From positions 434,001 through 498,000 of the forward strand of contig BROI01000003.1 of the NCBI GenBank assembly GCA_027923505.1: DNA of 64,000 nucleotides, written 5' to 3'. Positions 22,601 through 35,010 of this stretch are shown piece after piece. The translations under genes and the position numbers were made by a program. Position 1 is the first letter of the stretch, and each line of letters opens with the position of its first letter. The notes under the pieces were generated by a model, which worked only from the letters and a program-made list of their open reading frames with translations, made no database searches and was not told the DNA's origin. Source of the DNA: Mayamaea pseudoterrestris. Taxonomy: Eukaryota.

Positions 22601-25600
22601 TGACAACTTGTCACCAGTCTCAGCCCGCAGATGCCTTGACATTCAAATGCCCCTACAGCAGGCCATGTATACACCCAAATGACACCAGAATGGTGCCAAC
22701 ATCATTATTCAGGCTGCGCTACAAGATGGTATGCCTGGCTGGTGTCTCAGGGGATGGCAATGTATTTGGTGACAACTTGTCACCAGTCTCAGCCCGCAGA
22801 TGCCTTGACATTCAAATGCCCTGCAGCAGGCCATGTATACACCCAAATGACACCAGAATGGTGCACACATCATTATTTAAACTGCGCTACAAGATGTTTT
22901 GCCTGGCTGGTGTCTCAGGAGGCTCCAATGTGAATGGTGAGAAGTTCTCACCAGTCTCAGCCTGCAGGTGCCTTGACATTCAAATGCCCCTACAGCAAGC
23001 CATGTGTACACCCAAATGACACCAGAATGGCGCCAACATCATTATGGAGGCTGCGCTACAAGATGGTATGCCTGGCTTGTGTCTCAGGGGACTGCAATGT
23101 ATTTGGTGACACCGTCACCAGTCTCAGCCGCAGATGCCTTGACATTCAAATGCCCCTACAGCAGGCCAGTGTATACACCCAAATGACACCAGATGGTGGG
23201 CCAACATCATTATTTGGCTGCGCTACAAGATGGTATGCCTGGCTGGTGTCTCAGGGGTACTGCGGTGTATTTGGTGACAACTTGTCACCAGTCTCAGCCG
23301 CAGATGCCTTGACATTCAAATGCCCTACAGCAGGCCAGTATACCCAAATGACACCAGAATGGCGCCAACATCATTATTCGGGCTGCGCTACAAGATGGTA
23401 TGCCTGGCTGGTGTCTCAGGGGATGGCAATGTATTTGGTGACAACTTGTCACCAGTCTCAGCCCACAGATGCCTTGACATTCAAATGCCCCTACAGCAGG
23501 CCATGTATACACCCAAATGACACCAGAATGGTGCCAACATCATAATTTAGGCTGCGCTACAAGATGGTAGGCTTGGCTGGTGTCTCAGGGGTTGGCAATG
23601 TATTTGGTGACAACTTGTCACCAATCTCAGCCCGCAGATGCCTTGACATTCAAACGCCCCTGCAGCAGGCCATGTATACACCCAAATTACACCAGAATGG
23701 TGTTAACATCATTATGGAGACTGCGCTACAAGATGGTATGACTGGCTGATGTCTCAGGGGATGACAACGTTTTTGGTGACAACTTGTCACCAGTCTTAGC
23801 CCGCAGATGCCGCGACATTCAAACGCCCCTACAGCAAGCCCTATACACCCAAAATACACCAGAATGGTGCCAACATCATTATTCAGGCTGCGCTACAAGA
23901 TGGTATGCCTGGCTTGTGTCTCAGGGGACTGCAATGTATTTGGTGACAACTTGTCACCAGTCTCATCCCGCAGATGCCTTGACATTCAAACGCCCCTGAG
24001 CAGGCCATGTATACACCCAAATGACACCAGAATGGTGCCAACATCGTTATTTAGGCTGCGCTACAAGATGGTATGCCTGGCTGGTGTCTCAGGGGACTCA
24101 GCAGTGTATTTGGTGACAACTTGTCACCAGTCTCACCCGCAGATGCCTTGATATTCAAATGCCCTGCAGCAGGCCATGTATACACCCAAATGACACCAGA
24201 ATGGCGCCAACATCATTATTTAGGCTGCGCTACAAGATGGTATGCCTGGCTTGTGTCTCAGGGGACTGCAATGTATTTGGTGACAACTTGTCATCAGTCT
24301 CAGCCCGCAGATGCCTCGTGACATTCAAATGCCCCTACAGCAGGCCATGTACACCCAAATGACACCGGAATGGTGGCCAACATCATTATTTAGGCTGCGC
24401 TACAAGATGGTATGCCTGGCTGAGGTCTCAGGGGACGGCAATGTGTTTGGTGACAACTTGTCACCAGTCTCAGTCCAGATCTTGACATTCAAATGCCCCT
24501 ACAGCAGGGCCATGTATGCACCCAAATGACACCAGAATGGCGCCAACATCAATTTTAGGCTGCGCTCAAGATGGTAATGCCTGGCTGGTGTCTCAGGGAT
24601 GGCAATGTATTTGGTGACAACTTGTCACCAGTCTCCATCCTCGCAGATGCCTTGACATTCAAACACCCTACAGCAGGCCATGTATACACCCAAATGACAC
24701 CAGAATGGTGCCAACATCATTATTCAGGCTGCGCTACAAGATGGTAGGCTTGGTTGGTGTCTCAGGGGATGGCAATGTATTTGGTGACAACTTGTCACCA
24801 GTCTCAGTCCACAGATGCCGTGACATTTAAATGCCCCTACAGCAAGCCATGTATACACCCAAATTACACCAGAATGATGCCAACATCATTATTTTGACTG
24901 CGCTACAAGATGGTACGCTTGGCTGGTGTTTCAGGGGATGGCAACGTATTTGGGGACAACTTGTCACCAGTCTCAGCCCCCAGAGGCCGTGATTTTCAAA
25001 TGCCCCTACAGCAGGCCATGTATACACCCAAATGACACCAGAATGGTGCCAACATCAATATTTAGGCTGCGCTACAAGATGGTTTGCCTGGCTTGTGTGT
25101 CTCAGGGACTGCAATGTATTTGGTGACAACTTGTCCAGTCTCAGCCCACAGATGCCTTGTTGAGCCATGCACAATTGCCCCTACAGCAGGCCATGTATAC
25201 ACCCAAATGACACCAGAATGGTGCCAACCTCATTATTCAGGCTGCGCTACAAGATGGTATGCCTGGCTGGTGTCTCAGGGGACTGCAATGTATTTGGTGA
25301 CAACTTGTCACCAATCTCAGCCGGCAGATGCCTTGACATTTAAACATCCCAACAGCAGGCCATGTATACACCCAAATGACACCAGAATGGCGCCAACATC
25401 ATTATTTAGGCTGCGCTACAAGATGGTATGCCTGGCTGGTGTCTCAGGGGACTGCAATGTATTTGGTGACAACTTGTCACCAGTCTCATCCCGCAGATGC
25501 CTTGACATTCAAATGCCCCTACAGCAGGCCATGTATACACCCAAATGACACCAGAATGGTGCCAACATCATTTTTCAGGCTGCGCTACAAGATGGTATGC

Positions 25601-28600
25601 CTGGCTGGTGTCTCAGGGGATGGCAATGTATTTGGTGATAACTTGTCACCAGTCTCAGCTCCACAGATGCCGTGACATTCAAAGGCCCCTACAGCAGGCC
25701 ATGTATACACCCAAATGACACCAGAATGGTGCCAACATCATTTTTTTAGGCTGCGCTACAAGATGGTATGCCTGGCTTGTGTCTCAGGGGACTGCAATGT
25801 ATTTGGTGACACCTTGTCACCAGTCTCAGCCCGCAGATGCCTTGACATTCAAATGCCCCTACAGCAGGCCATGTATACACCCAAATGACACCAGAATGGT
25901 GCCAACATCATAATTGAGGCTACACTACAAGATGGTATGCCTGGCTGGTGTCTCAGGGGACTGCAATGTATTTGGTGACAACTTGTCACCACTCTCAGCC
26001 CGCAGATGCCTCGACATTCAAATGCCCCTACAGCAGGCCATGTATACACCCAAATGACACCAGAATGGTGCCAACATCATTATTCAGGCTGCGCTACAAG
26101 ATGGTATGCCTGGCTGGTGTCTCAGGGGACGGCAATGTATTTGGTGACAACTTGTCACCAGTCTCAGCCCACAGATGCCTTGACGTTCAAACACCTCTAC
26201 AGCAGGCCATGTATACACCCAAATGACACCAGAATGGTGCCAACATCATTATATAGGCTGTGCTACAAGATGGTATGCTTGGCTGGTGTCTCATGGGATT
26301 GCAATGTATTTGGTGACAACTTGTCACCAGTCTCAGCCCGCAGATGCCTTGACATTCAAATGCCCCTACAGCAGGCCATGTATACACCCAAATGACACCA
26401 GAATGGTGCCAACATCATTATTTAGGCTGCGCTACAAGATGGTATGCCTGGCTGGTGTCTCAGGGGATGGCAATGTATTTGGTGACAACTTGTCACCAGT
26501 CTCAGCCCGCAGATGCCTTGACATTCAAAGGCCCCTACAGCAGGCCATGTATACACTCAAATGACACCAGAATGGTGCCAACATCATAATTTAGGCTGCG
26601 CTACAAGATGGTATGCCTGGCTGGTGTCTCAGGGGACTGCAATGTATTTGGTGACACCTTGTCACCAGTCTCATCCCGCAGATGCCTTGACATTCAAATG
26701 CCCCTACAGCAGACCATGTATACACCCAAATGACACCAGATTGGCGCCAACATCATTATTCAGGCTGCGCTACAAGATGGTAAACCTGGTTGGTGTCTCA
26801 GGGGACTGCAATGTATTTGGTGACAACTTGTCACCAATCTCAGCCCGCAGATGCCTTGACATTCAAATGCCCCTACAGCAGGCCATGTATACACCCAAAT
26901 GACACCAGAATGGTGCCAACATCATTATTCAGGCTGCGCTACAAGATGGTATGCCTGGCTGGTGTCTCAGGGGATGGCAATGTATTTGGTGACAACTTGT
27001 CACCAGTCTCAGCCGGCAGATGCCTTGACATTCAAATGCCCCTACAGCAGGCCATGTATACACCCAAATGACACCAGAATCGTGCCAACATCATTATTCA
27101 GGCTGCGCTACAAGATGGTATGCCTGGCTGGTGTCTCAGGGGACTGCAATGTATTTGGTGACAACTTGTCACCAGTCTCAGCCCGCAGATGCCTTGACAT
27201 TCAAATGCCCCTACAGCAGGCCATGTATACACCCAAATGACACCAGAATCGTGCCAACATCATTTTTTAGGCTGTGCTACAAGATGGTAAGCCTAGCTGG
27301 TGTCTCATGGGATTGCAATGTATTTGGTGACAACTTGTCACCAGTCTCAGCCCGCAGATGCCTTGACATTCAAATGCCCCTACAGCAGGCCATGTATACA
27401 CCCAAATGACACCAGAATGGTGCCAACATCATTATTCAGGCTGCGCTACAAGATGGTATGCCTGGCTGGTGTCTCAGGGGACTGCAATGTGTTTGGTGAC
27501 AACTTGTCACCAATCTCAGCCCGCAGATGCCTTGACATTCAAATGCCCCTACAGCAGGCCATGTATACACCCAAATGACACCAGAATGGTGCCAACATCA
27601 TTATTTAGGCTGCGCTACAAGATGGTATGCCTGGCTTGTGTCTCAGGGGACTGCAATGTATTTGGTGACAACTTGTCACCAGTCTCAGCCCGCAGATGCC
27701 TTGACATTCAAATGCCCCTACAGCAGGCCATATACACCCAAATGACACCAGAATGGTGCCAACATCATTATATGGGCTGCGCTACAAGATGGTATGCCTG
27801 GCTGGTGTCTCAGGGGACTGCCATGTATTTGGTGACAACTTGTCTACTAGTCTCAGCCCGCAGACTTTGACATTTCAACAGGCCCCTACAGCAGGCCATG
27901 TATACACCCAAATGACACCAGAATCGTGCCAACATCATTTTTTAGGCTGTGCTACAAGATGGTAAGCCTAGCTGGTGTCTCATGGGATTGCAATGTATTT
28001 GGTGACAACTTGTCACCAGTCTCAGCCCGAGGATGCCTTGGCATTCAAATGCCCAGCAGGCCGTGATAAGGACTCAAATGACAAGAATGGTGCCAACATC
28101 TTTAGGCGGTACAGATGGTATGCCTGGCTTGTGTCTCAGGGGACTGCAATGTATTTGGTGACACCTTGTCACCTCTCTCATCCCGCAGATGCCTTGACAT
28201 TCAAACGCCCCTACAGCAGGCCATGTATACACCCAATTGACACCAGAATGGTGCCATCATCATTATTTAGGCTGCGCTAGTCAACAGATGGTATGCCTGG
28301 CTGGTGTCTCAGGAACGGCAAGCAGGAGTGGCATATAAGTGTTATGTGGTGACAACTTGTCACTAGTCTCTAGCTTCTCAGATGCCTTGACATTCAAATG
28401 CTCCTACAGCAGGCCATGTATACACTAAAATGACACCAGAATGGTGCCAACATCATTATTTATGCTCTGCTACAAGATGGGTATGCCTGGCTGGTGTCTC
28501 GAGGGAATAGCAATGTATTTGGTGACAACTTGTGTCACCAGTCTCAGCCCGCAGATGCCTTGGCATTCAAATGCCCCTACACAGGCAGGCCCTGTATATG

Positions 28601-31600
28601 ACACAAATGACACCAGAATGGTGCTAACATCGTACTTAGCTACAAGATGGTTTTTTTTGACTCAGGGACTGCAATGTATTTGGTGAAATGTCACCAGCCT
28701 CAGCCCGCAGATGCCTTGACATTCAAACGCCCCTACAGCAGGCCATGAGTTAAGACCAAATGACACCAGAATGGTGCCAACATCAATATTCAGGCTGCGC
28801 TACAAATGCGCTGGCTGTCTCAGTTTGTATATTTGGTGACAATTGTCACCACCCCAGCCCGCAGATGCGCCTTGACATTCAAATGCCCCTACAGCATGCC
28901 ATGCATACACCCAAATGACACCAGAATGGTGCCAACATCGTTATTCAGGCTGCGCTACAAGCTGGTATCTTGGATGGTGTCTCAGGGACTACAATGCAAT
29001 TGGTGACAACTTGTCACCAGTCTCAACTCGCAGATGCCTTGACATTCAAAATTCCTCTACAGCAGGCCATGTATACACTTAAATTACACCAGAATAGGTG
29101 CCAACATCATTATTCGGGCTGCCCAACAAGATGGTATGCCTGGCTGGTGTCTCAGGGGACTGCAATGATATTTTGGTGACAACTTGTCACCAGTCTCAGC
29201 CCGCAGATGCGTGCCGACATTCAAATCCCCTACAGCAGGCCATGTATACACCCAAATCACACCAGAATGGTGCCAACATCTCATTATTCAGGCTGCGCTA
29301 CAAGATGGTATGCTTGGCTGGGGTCTCAGGGGACTGAAATGATTTTGGTGACAACTCTGTCACCAATCTCAGCCTTCGCAGATGATTCTAAATGCCCCAC
29401 CAGCATGCCATGTATACACCCAATGACACCAGAATGGTGCCAACATCATTATTTCAGGCTGCGCAACACAGAATGGTATGCTTGGCTGGTGTCTCAGGGG
29501 ACTGCATATGATATTGGTGACAACTTGTCACCAATCTCAGCTTGCAGATGCCTTGACATTCAAATGCCCCCTACAATGAGGCCATTAGAGGTTCCCCGAA
29601 ATCCGACACCAGAATGGTGCCAACATCATTATTCAGGCTGCGAAACAAGATGGTATGCTTGGCTGGTGTCTCCAGGGGACTGCAATGGTTTTGGTGACAA
29701 CTTGTCACCGATCTCAGCCCGCAGATGCCTTGCAGACATTCAAATGCCCCACAGCAAGGCCATGTATTACACCCAATGACACCAGACTGCGTCGCCACTG
29801 ATTTGGGGGCTGCGCTACAAGCTGGTATGCTTGGATGGTGTCTCCGTGAACTGCAATCGTATTTGGTGACAGCTTGTCTGTCTCGTACCATGACATTCAA
29901 ACCCCTACAACGAAGCCATGTATGCGCCGTCGCACCATTGATGCAACATCATTATTAGGCTGCTCTTACAGTCTGGTACGCTTGGATGGTGTCTCCAGGA
30001 ACTACCGTGTGGTGATAAGGTTGTCGCCAGTCTCGATAATGTGCCTTCGACATTCAAGCGCCCTGCAGCGGCAGGCCGTATGCCCCAAATCACGCCCCGG
30101 CGTTTTTCCGGCTCGCTACAAGCTGGTTAGCTTGGATGGTGTCAGAGGGCTGCAATGATATTAGAGGCGACATTCGAGTCTCGGCTTGCAGATGCCTTAA
30201 CTGATCAACCCTACAGCAATGGCGCGTCCAAATCACGCCAGAATGATGCGATAACCAGGCTGCGCTACAATCTGGTACGCTTGGGTGGTGTCTCAGTGAA
30301 CTACTGTGTATTGGTGACAATTTGTCACCAGTCTCAGCTTCGCAGATTTGTGACATTCAAACCCCTACAGCCGACCATGTATCCCAAATCACACCGGAAT
30401 GATGCACCAACGCGTCGTTGACAATCGTTCTTAAGCAAGATGGTATGCATGGATGGCGTGTCTCGGTGGCTGCAATGTGACAACTCGGTCTCCCGCCGGG
30501 ACTGCGCTGCCCCTAGCAAGCCATGCCATGCGCCCGATGAAATGCCAGCATCATTATTCAGGCTGCGCAATAAGATGGTATAGTTGGCTGCAGGGTCTCA
30601 GAAGACTGAGTCATTGGTGACAACTTGTCCACCAGTCTCAGCTTCGCCAGGTGCCTTCGGCATTCAAATCACCCCTACGGCATGCCATGTACACCCAAAT
30701 CACACCAAAATGATGCCAACATCATTATTCAGGCTCAACAAGATGGTATGCTTGGATAATGTCTCAGTAGACTGCAATGATATACAAGTTGTCACCAGTC
30801 TCACCGCAGATGCCTTGACATTCAAGCGGCCTACGAGCGAGCCGTTCCCAAATACCAGAATTGCCAGCATCGTTGTTCAGGCTGCACCAACAGATTGGTA
30901 TGTGGCTGGGGTCCTCCCAGAGGACAACTTGTAGTCTCAGCCTGCAGGTGCGCCGCATTGTATTACGCCTTACTGCGATCACCAGGGCTAATCAACGTCG
31001 TTATTCCGGGCTGCTCTACAATCTGGTACGCTTGGATTTGTCTGCAATGTTTGGTGACAACTTGTCACCGGTCTCAGCCACAGATGCCTTGACATTGCCC
31101 TACAGCAAGCCATGTATACACCCCGTCCACGCAGAATGATGAGCATCATTATTCGGGCTGCTCTACAAATGGTATGCCCGGATGGTGTCTCTCAGTGGAC
31201 TGCAATCATATTGGTGACAACTTGTCAATGCCGGCATCGCAGATGCTTGGACATTCAGAGCACTCTACCACAGCAAGCCGTATGCAATAAATTGATGCCC
31301 GGCATCATTGTTGGGCTGCGCAACAGGATGGTATGCGGCTGGGGTCTCGGCTGCAATCATGTTGTTGAGCAACTTGTCACCGGTCTCATCCGCCAGATGC
31401 GCGACATTCAAGCGCCCCTGCAGCAGGCCCCCTCCAGTGCGGTTTTGGGCTGTCTCTGTGGTATGGCGGATGGTGTCTCACTGCATTGATGTGGTGACAA
31501 CATCACGCAGTCTCAGCTTCGCAGATGCCTTGACATTCAAACACCCTGCAGCAAGCCCGTGTATACGCAAATCACCGGAATGATGCAGCATCATTATTCA

Positions 31601-34600
31601 GGCTGCGCAACAGAGATGAGTAATAGCGCTGGGGTCTCGCTGCAATCATATTGGTGACAACATCGGTCTCGGGTTCGTTGACATTCCAAACCCCTGCAGA
31701 AGCCGTATCTACCCAAATCACCAGAATGATGCCAGCATCGTTATTCCCGGGCTGTACCAACAAGATGGTATGCTTGGCTGGGGTCTCAGAAGACTGCAAT
31801 CATATTGGTGACAGCTTGTCACCAGTCAGCCTGCAGATGCAGCCTTGACTTCGCGCCCTACAGCAACCCCTTCATTATTCAGCTGCGCTACAAGCTGGTT
31901 TTGCCCAGATGGTATCTCAGTAGACTGCAATGTGATTGGTGACAACTTGTCTCACCACGTCTCAGCCTGCGAATGCATTTATACATTCGCGCATTCATAC
32001 ATTCACACATTCTTCACGCATTCACTCATTCATTCCCCGCATTGCATTCCATATTCACGCATTCACGCATTTTCATGCATTCACACATTCACGCATTCAC
32101 GCCATTCCGCGTCACGCATTCACATTCGTGCATTGCGCATTCACGCATTCACGCATTCACGCATTCCCCCATTCACATTGGCATTCATGCGTCCATTCAT
32201 GCATTCACGCTTACGCATTCCGCAGCAAGATGGTAGGCAACTGGTGTGTCTCAGGGATGGCAATGTATTTGGTGACGCTTGTCACCAGTCTCAGCCACCC
32301 AGATGCTGTGACTTTCGACGCCTACAGCAAGCCCTGTAGGTGCCCAAAATACACCAGAATGGTGCCAACATCATTATTCGAGCTGCGCTACAAGATGTGA
32401 AGCAGCGATATCTCTGGGGATGGCAATGTAGTTGGTGACAACTTCGCCAGTTTCAGCCTCAGATGCCGGGACATTCAACCCCTAAGCATGCCCTGTGCCC
32501 AATTCACACCGGAAGGTGCCAGCATCTCATTTTTCAGGCTGCGCTACAAGATGGTAGGCTTGGCTGGTGTCTCGGTGGCCTAATGTGTTTTGGTGACAAC
32601 TTGTCACCGGTCTCGCTCCCCAGGTGCCTGTGACATTCAAACGCCCCTACAGCAGGCCCTGTAGGTTCAAATTTCACCAGAATGGTCCCAACGTCATTTT
32701 AGCTGCCCTACAAGATGGTAGGCTTGGCTGGTGTCTCAGGGGATGGCAATGTATTTGGTGACAACTTGTCAATCTCAGCCTCCAGTGCCGCGACCTTCAA
32801 ACGCCACCCTACAGCCGGGCCCTGTAGGTGCCCCAGATCCCGAGGCGTTGCCAACATCATTTCCGCTACAAGATGGTGGCTTGGCTGGTGTGTCTCGGGG
32901 ATAGCAATGTATTTGGGGACAACTTGTCACCAGTCTCACCTTCCGGATGCCGTGACGTGCAAACCCCCTACGGCGGCCCGTAGGTGCCCAACTTACTCCA
33001 GATTGGTGCCAGCATCATTATTCAGGCTGCGCTACAAGATGGTGCGTTTTGGCTGGTTTCTCGGGTGGCAATGTTGAACTTGTCGCCAGTCTCAGCTTCG
33101 CGCGGATCCGTGACGTTCAAAACGCCTCTACAGCAAGCCCTGTAGTTGCCCCAGAATGCACCTGGTTGGTGCCAACATATGTTTGTCAGGCTGCGCTTCT
33201 GGTGGTAGGCTTGGCTGGTGTCTCGGGGATGGCGTATTTGGTGACAACTTGTCCTGCCAGTCTCACTTCGCAATGCCGTGACATTCAAAAACGCCCCTAC
33301 AGCAAGCCCTGTAGGTGCCCAAATACGAATGGTGCCAGCATCGTTCAATGGTGGCTTGCTGTTGGTGTCTCAGGGGATGGCTTGTGTATTTGGTGACAAA
33401 CGCGTGTCCAGTGTCAGTCTCCGGATGCCGTGACATTCAAAGCGCCCCTACAGCAAGCCCTGTAGGTGCCCAAAGACACACCAAGAATGTGCCAACATCT
33501 CGGCCGCTGCGCTACAGGATGAGTAGGCTTGGCTGGTGTGGGGATGGCGTATGTATTTGGCAACTTGTACCCAGATGCCGTGCCTTCAAACGCCCCTAGC
33601 AAGCCCTAGTAGGTGCCCAGAAAACCTGAAGTAGTTGCCAACATCATTATTCAGGCTGTGCTACAAGATGGTAGGCTTGGCTGGTGTCTCTGGGATGGCT
33701 GATGTATTTACGGTGACAACTTGTCACCAGTCTCGGCTTTCAGAGCCGTGACATTCAAACGCCCCTACAGCAAGCCGGACAGGTGCCCAAATTACACAGA
33801 GGCCACCATCTGTGGCTGCGCTTGCTCACAAGTGTGAGCTGGTGGTCTCGGGGATGGCAATGTATTTGGTGACAACTTGTCACCAGTCTCAGCCCGCAGG
33901 TGATGCCTATATCAAACGCCCCTACAGCAAGCCCTGTAGGTGCCCAAAATACACCAAGAATGGTTGCCAACATCATTATTCAGAGGCGCTCACAGATGGT
34001 AAACGGCTGGTGTCTCAGGGGATGGCAATGTGCATTTTGGTGACAACTTGTCACCAGTCTCAGCCTGCAGATGCCGTGACATTCAAAGGCCCCTACAGCA
34101 AGCCCCTGTAGGTGCCCAAATACACACCAGAATGGTGCCAACATCATTATTCAGGCTGCGCTACAAGATGGCACAAGCTGTGGCTGGTGTCTCAGGGGAT
34201 GGCAATGTATTTGGTGACAACTTGTCACCAGTCTCAGCCCGCAGATGCCGGAAATCAAACGCCCTACAGCAAGCCCTGTAGGTGCCAAAATACACCAGCA
34301 TGGTGCCAACATCATTTTTCTGGCCACACTACAAGATGGCAGGCTTGGCTGGTGTCTCAGGGGGGATGAGCAATGTATTTGGTGACAACTTGTCACCAGT
34401 CTCGGTCCCGCAGATGCCCTGACACATTCAAACGCCCCTACAGCAAGCCGTAGGTGCCCAAAATACACCAGATGGATGCCAACGTCATTATTCAGGACTG
34501 CGCTACAAGGTGGTAGGCTTGGCTGGTGTCTCAGGGGATGGCAATATATTTGGTGACAATCTTGTCACCAGTCCTTCAGCTCCGGCAGATAGTGTGTGGA

Positions 34601-34850
34601 CATTCAAACGCCTACAGCAAGCCCTTGTAGGTGCCCAAATCACACCAGGTTCCTACACTTGCATGCAACTTGTCACCAGTCTCAGCCCGCAGATGCCATG
34701 ACATTTTAACGCCCCTACAGCAAGCCCTGTAGGTGCCCAAAATACACCATAATGGTGCCAACATCATTAAGCAGTCTGCGCTACATGATGGCATGCCTGG
34801 CTGGTGTCTCAGTAGACTGCAATGTGACTGGTGAGAAGTTCTCACCACTC
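16612..34850. repeat. Satellite B, 169-bp monomer, roughly 105-108 copies
   Basis: CAGGCCATG at 16761, 16930 and so on (period 169). One highly diverged monomer at ~16612-16760. The array is clean at 16.75-22.0 and 25.2-27.8 kb and indel-rich elsewhere. Confidence 0.97.
31970..32222. repeat. Imperfect (GCATTCAC)n simple repeat interrupting satellite B
   Basis: CATTCACGCATTCACG... runs over ~250 bp inside the noisiest part of the array; it may be a base-calling artefact. Confidence 0.6.
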
Positions 34851-35010
34851 ACAGTCAGCCAGCAGCTGCATCGTAGCGGTTATGAGTGTCGTATTGGTAC
34901 TCGGAGGACCTGCGCGATCATCGACAACCACCATGGGAGAAGGAGTTTGAGCGCCGACGTTAATCTCATACTTCTTAAACAGACATTCATACTTGATCTC
35001 ATCATCTGGC

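Noticed and set aside
28000..34700. Apparent ancient divergence gradient of satellite B (also 22070-22500)
   Set aside because: Changes are dense, unshared small indels that often create CpG, opposite to the decay seen in clean monomers. This pattern is typical of low-coverage long-read consensus error and is not interpretable without reads.
16633..34848. Dozens of 60-260 aa ORFs in satellite B (also those in A, C and the 13-mer region)
   Set aside because: They are by-products of the repeat period. The same peptides appear in rotating frames with recurrent stops and no sign of coding constraint.
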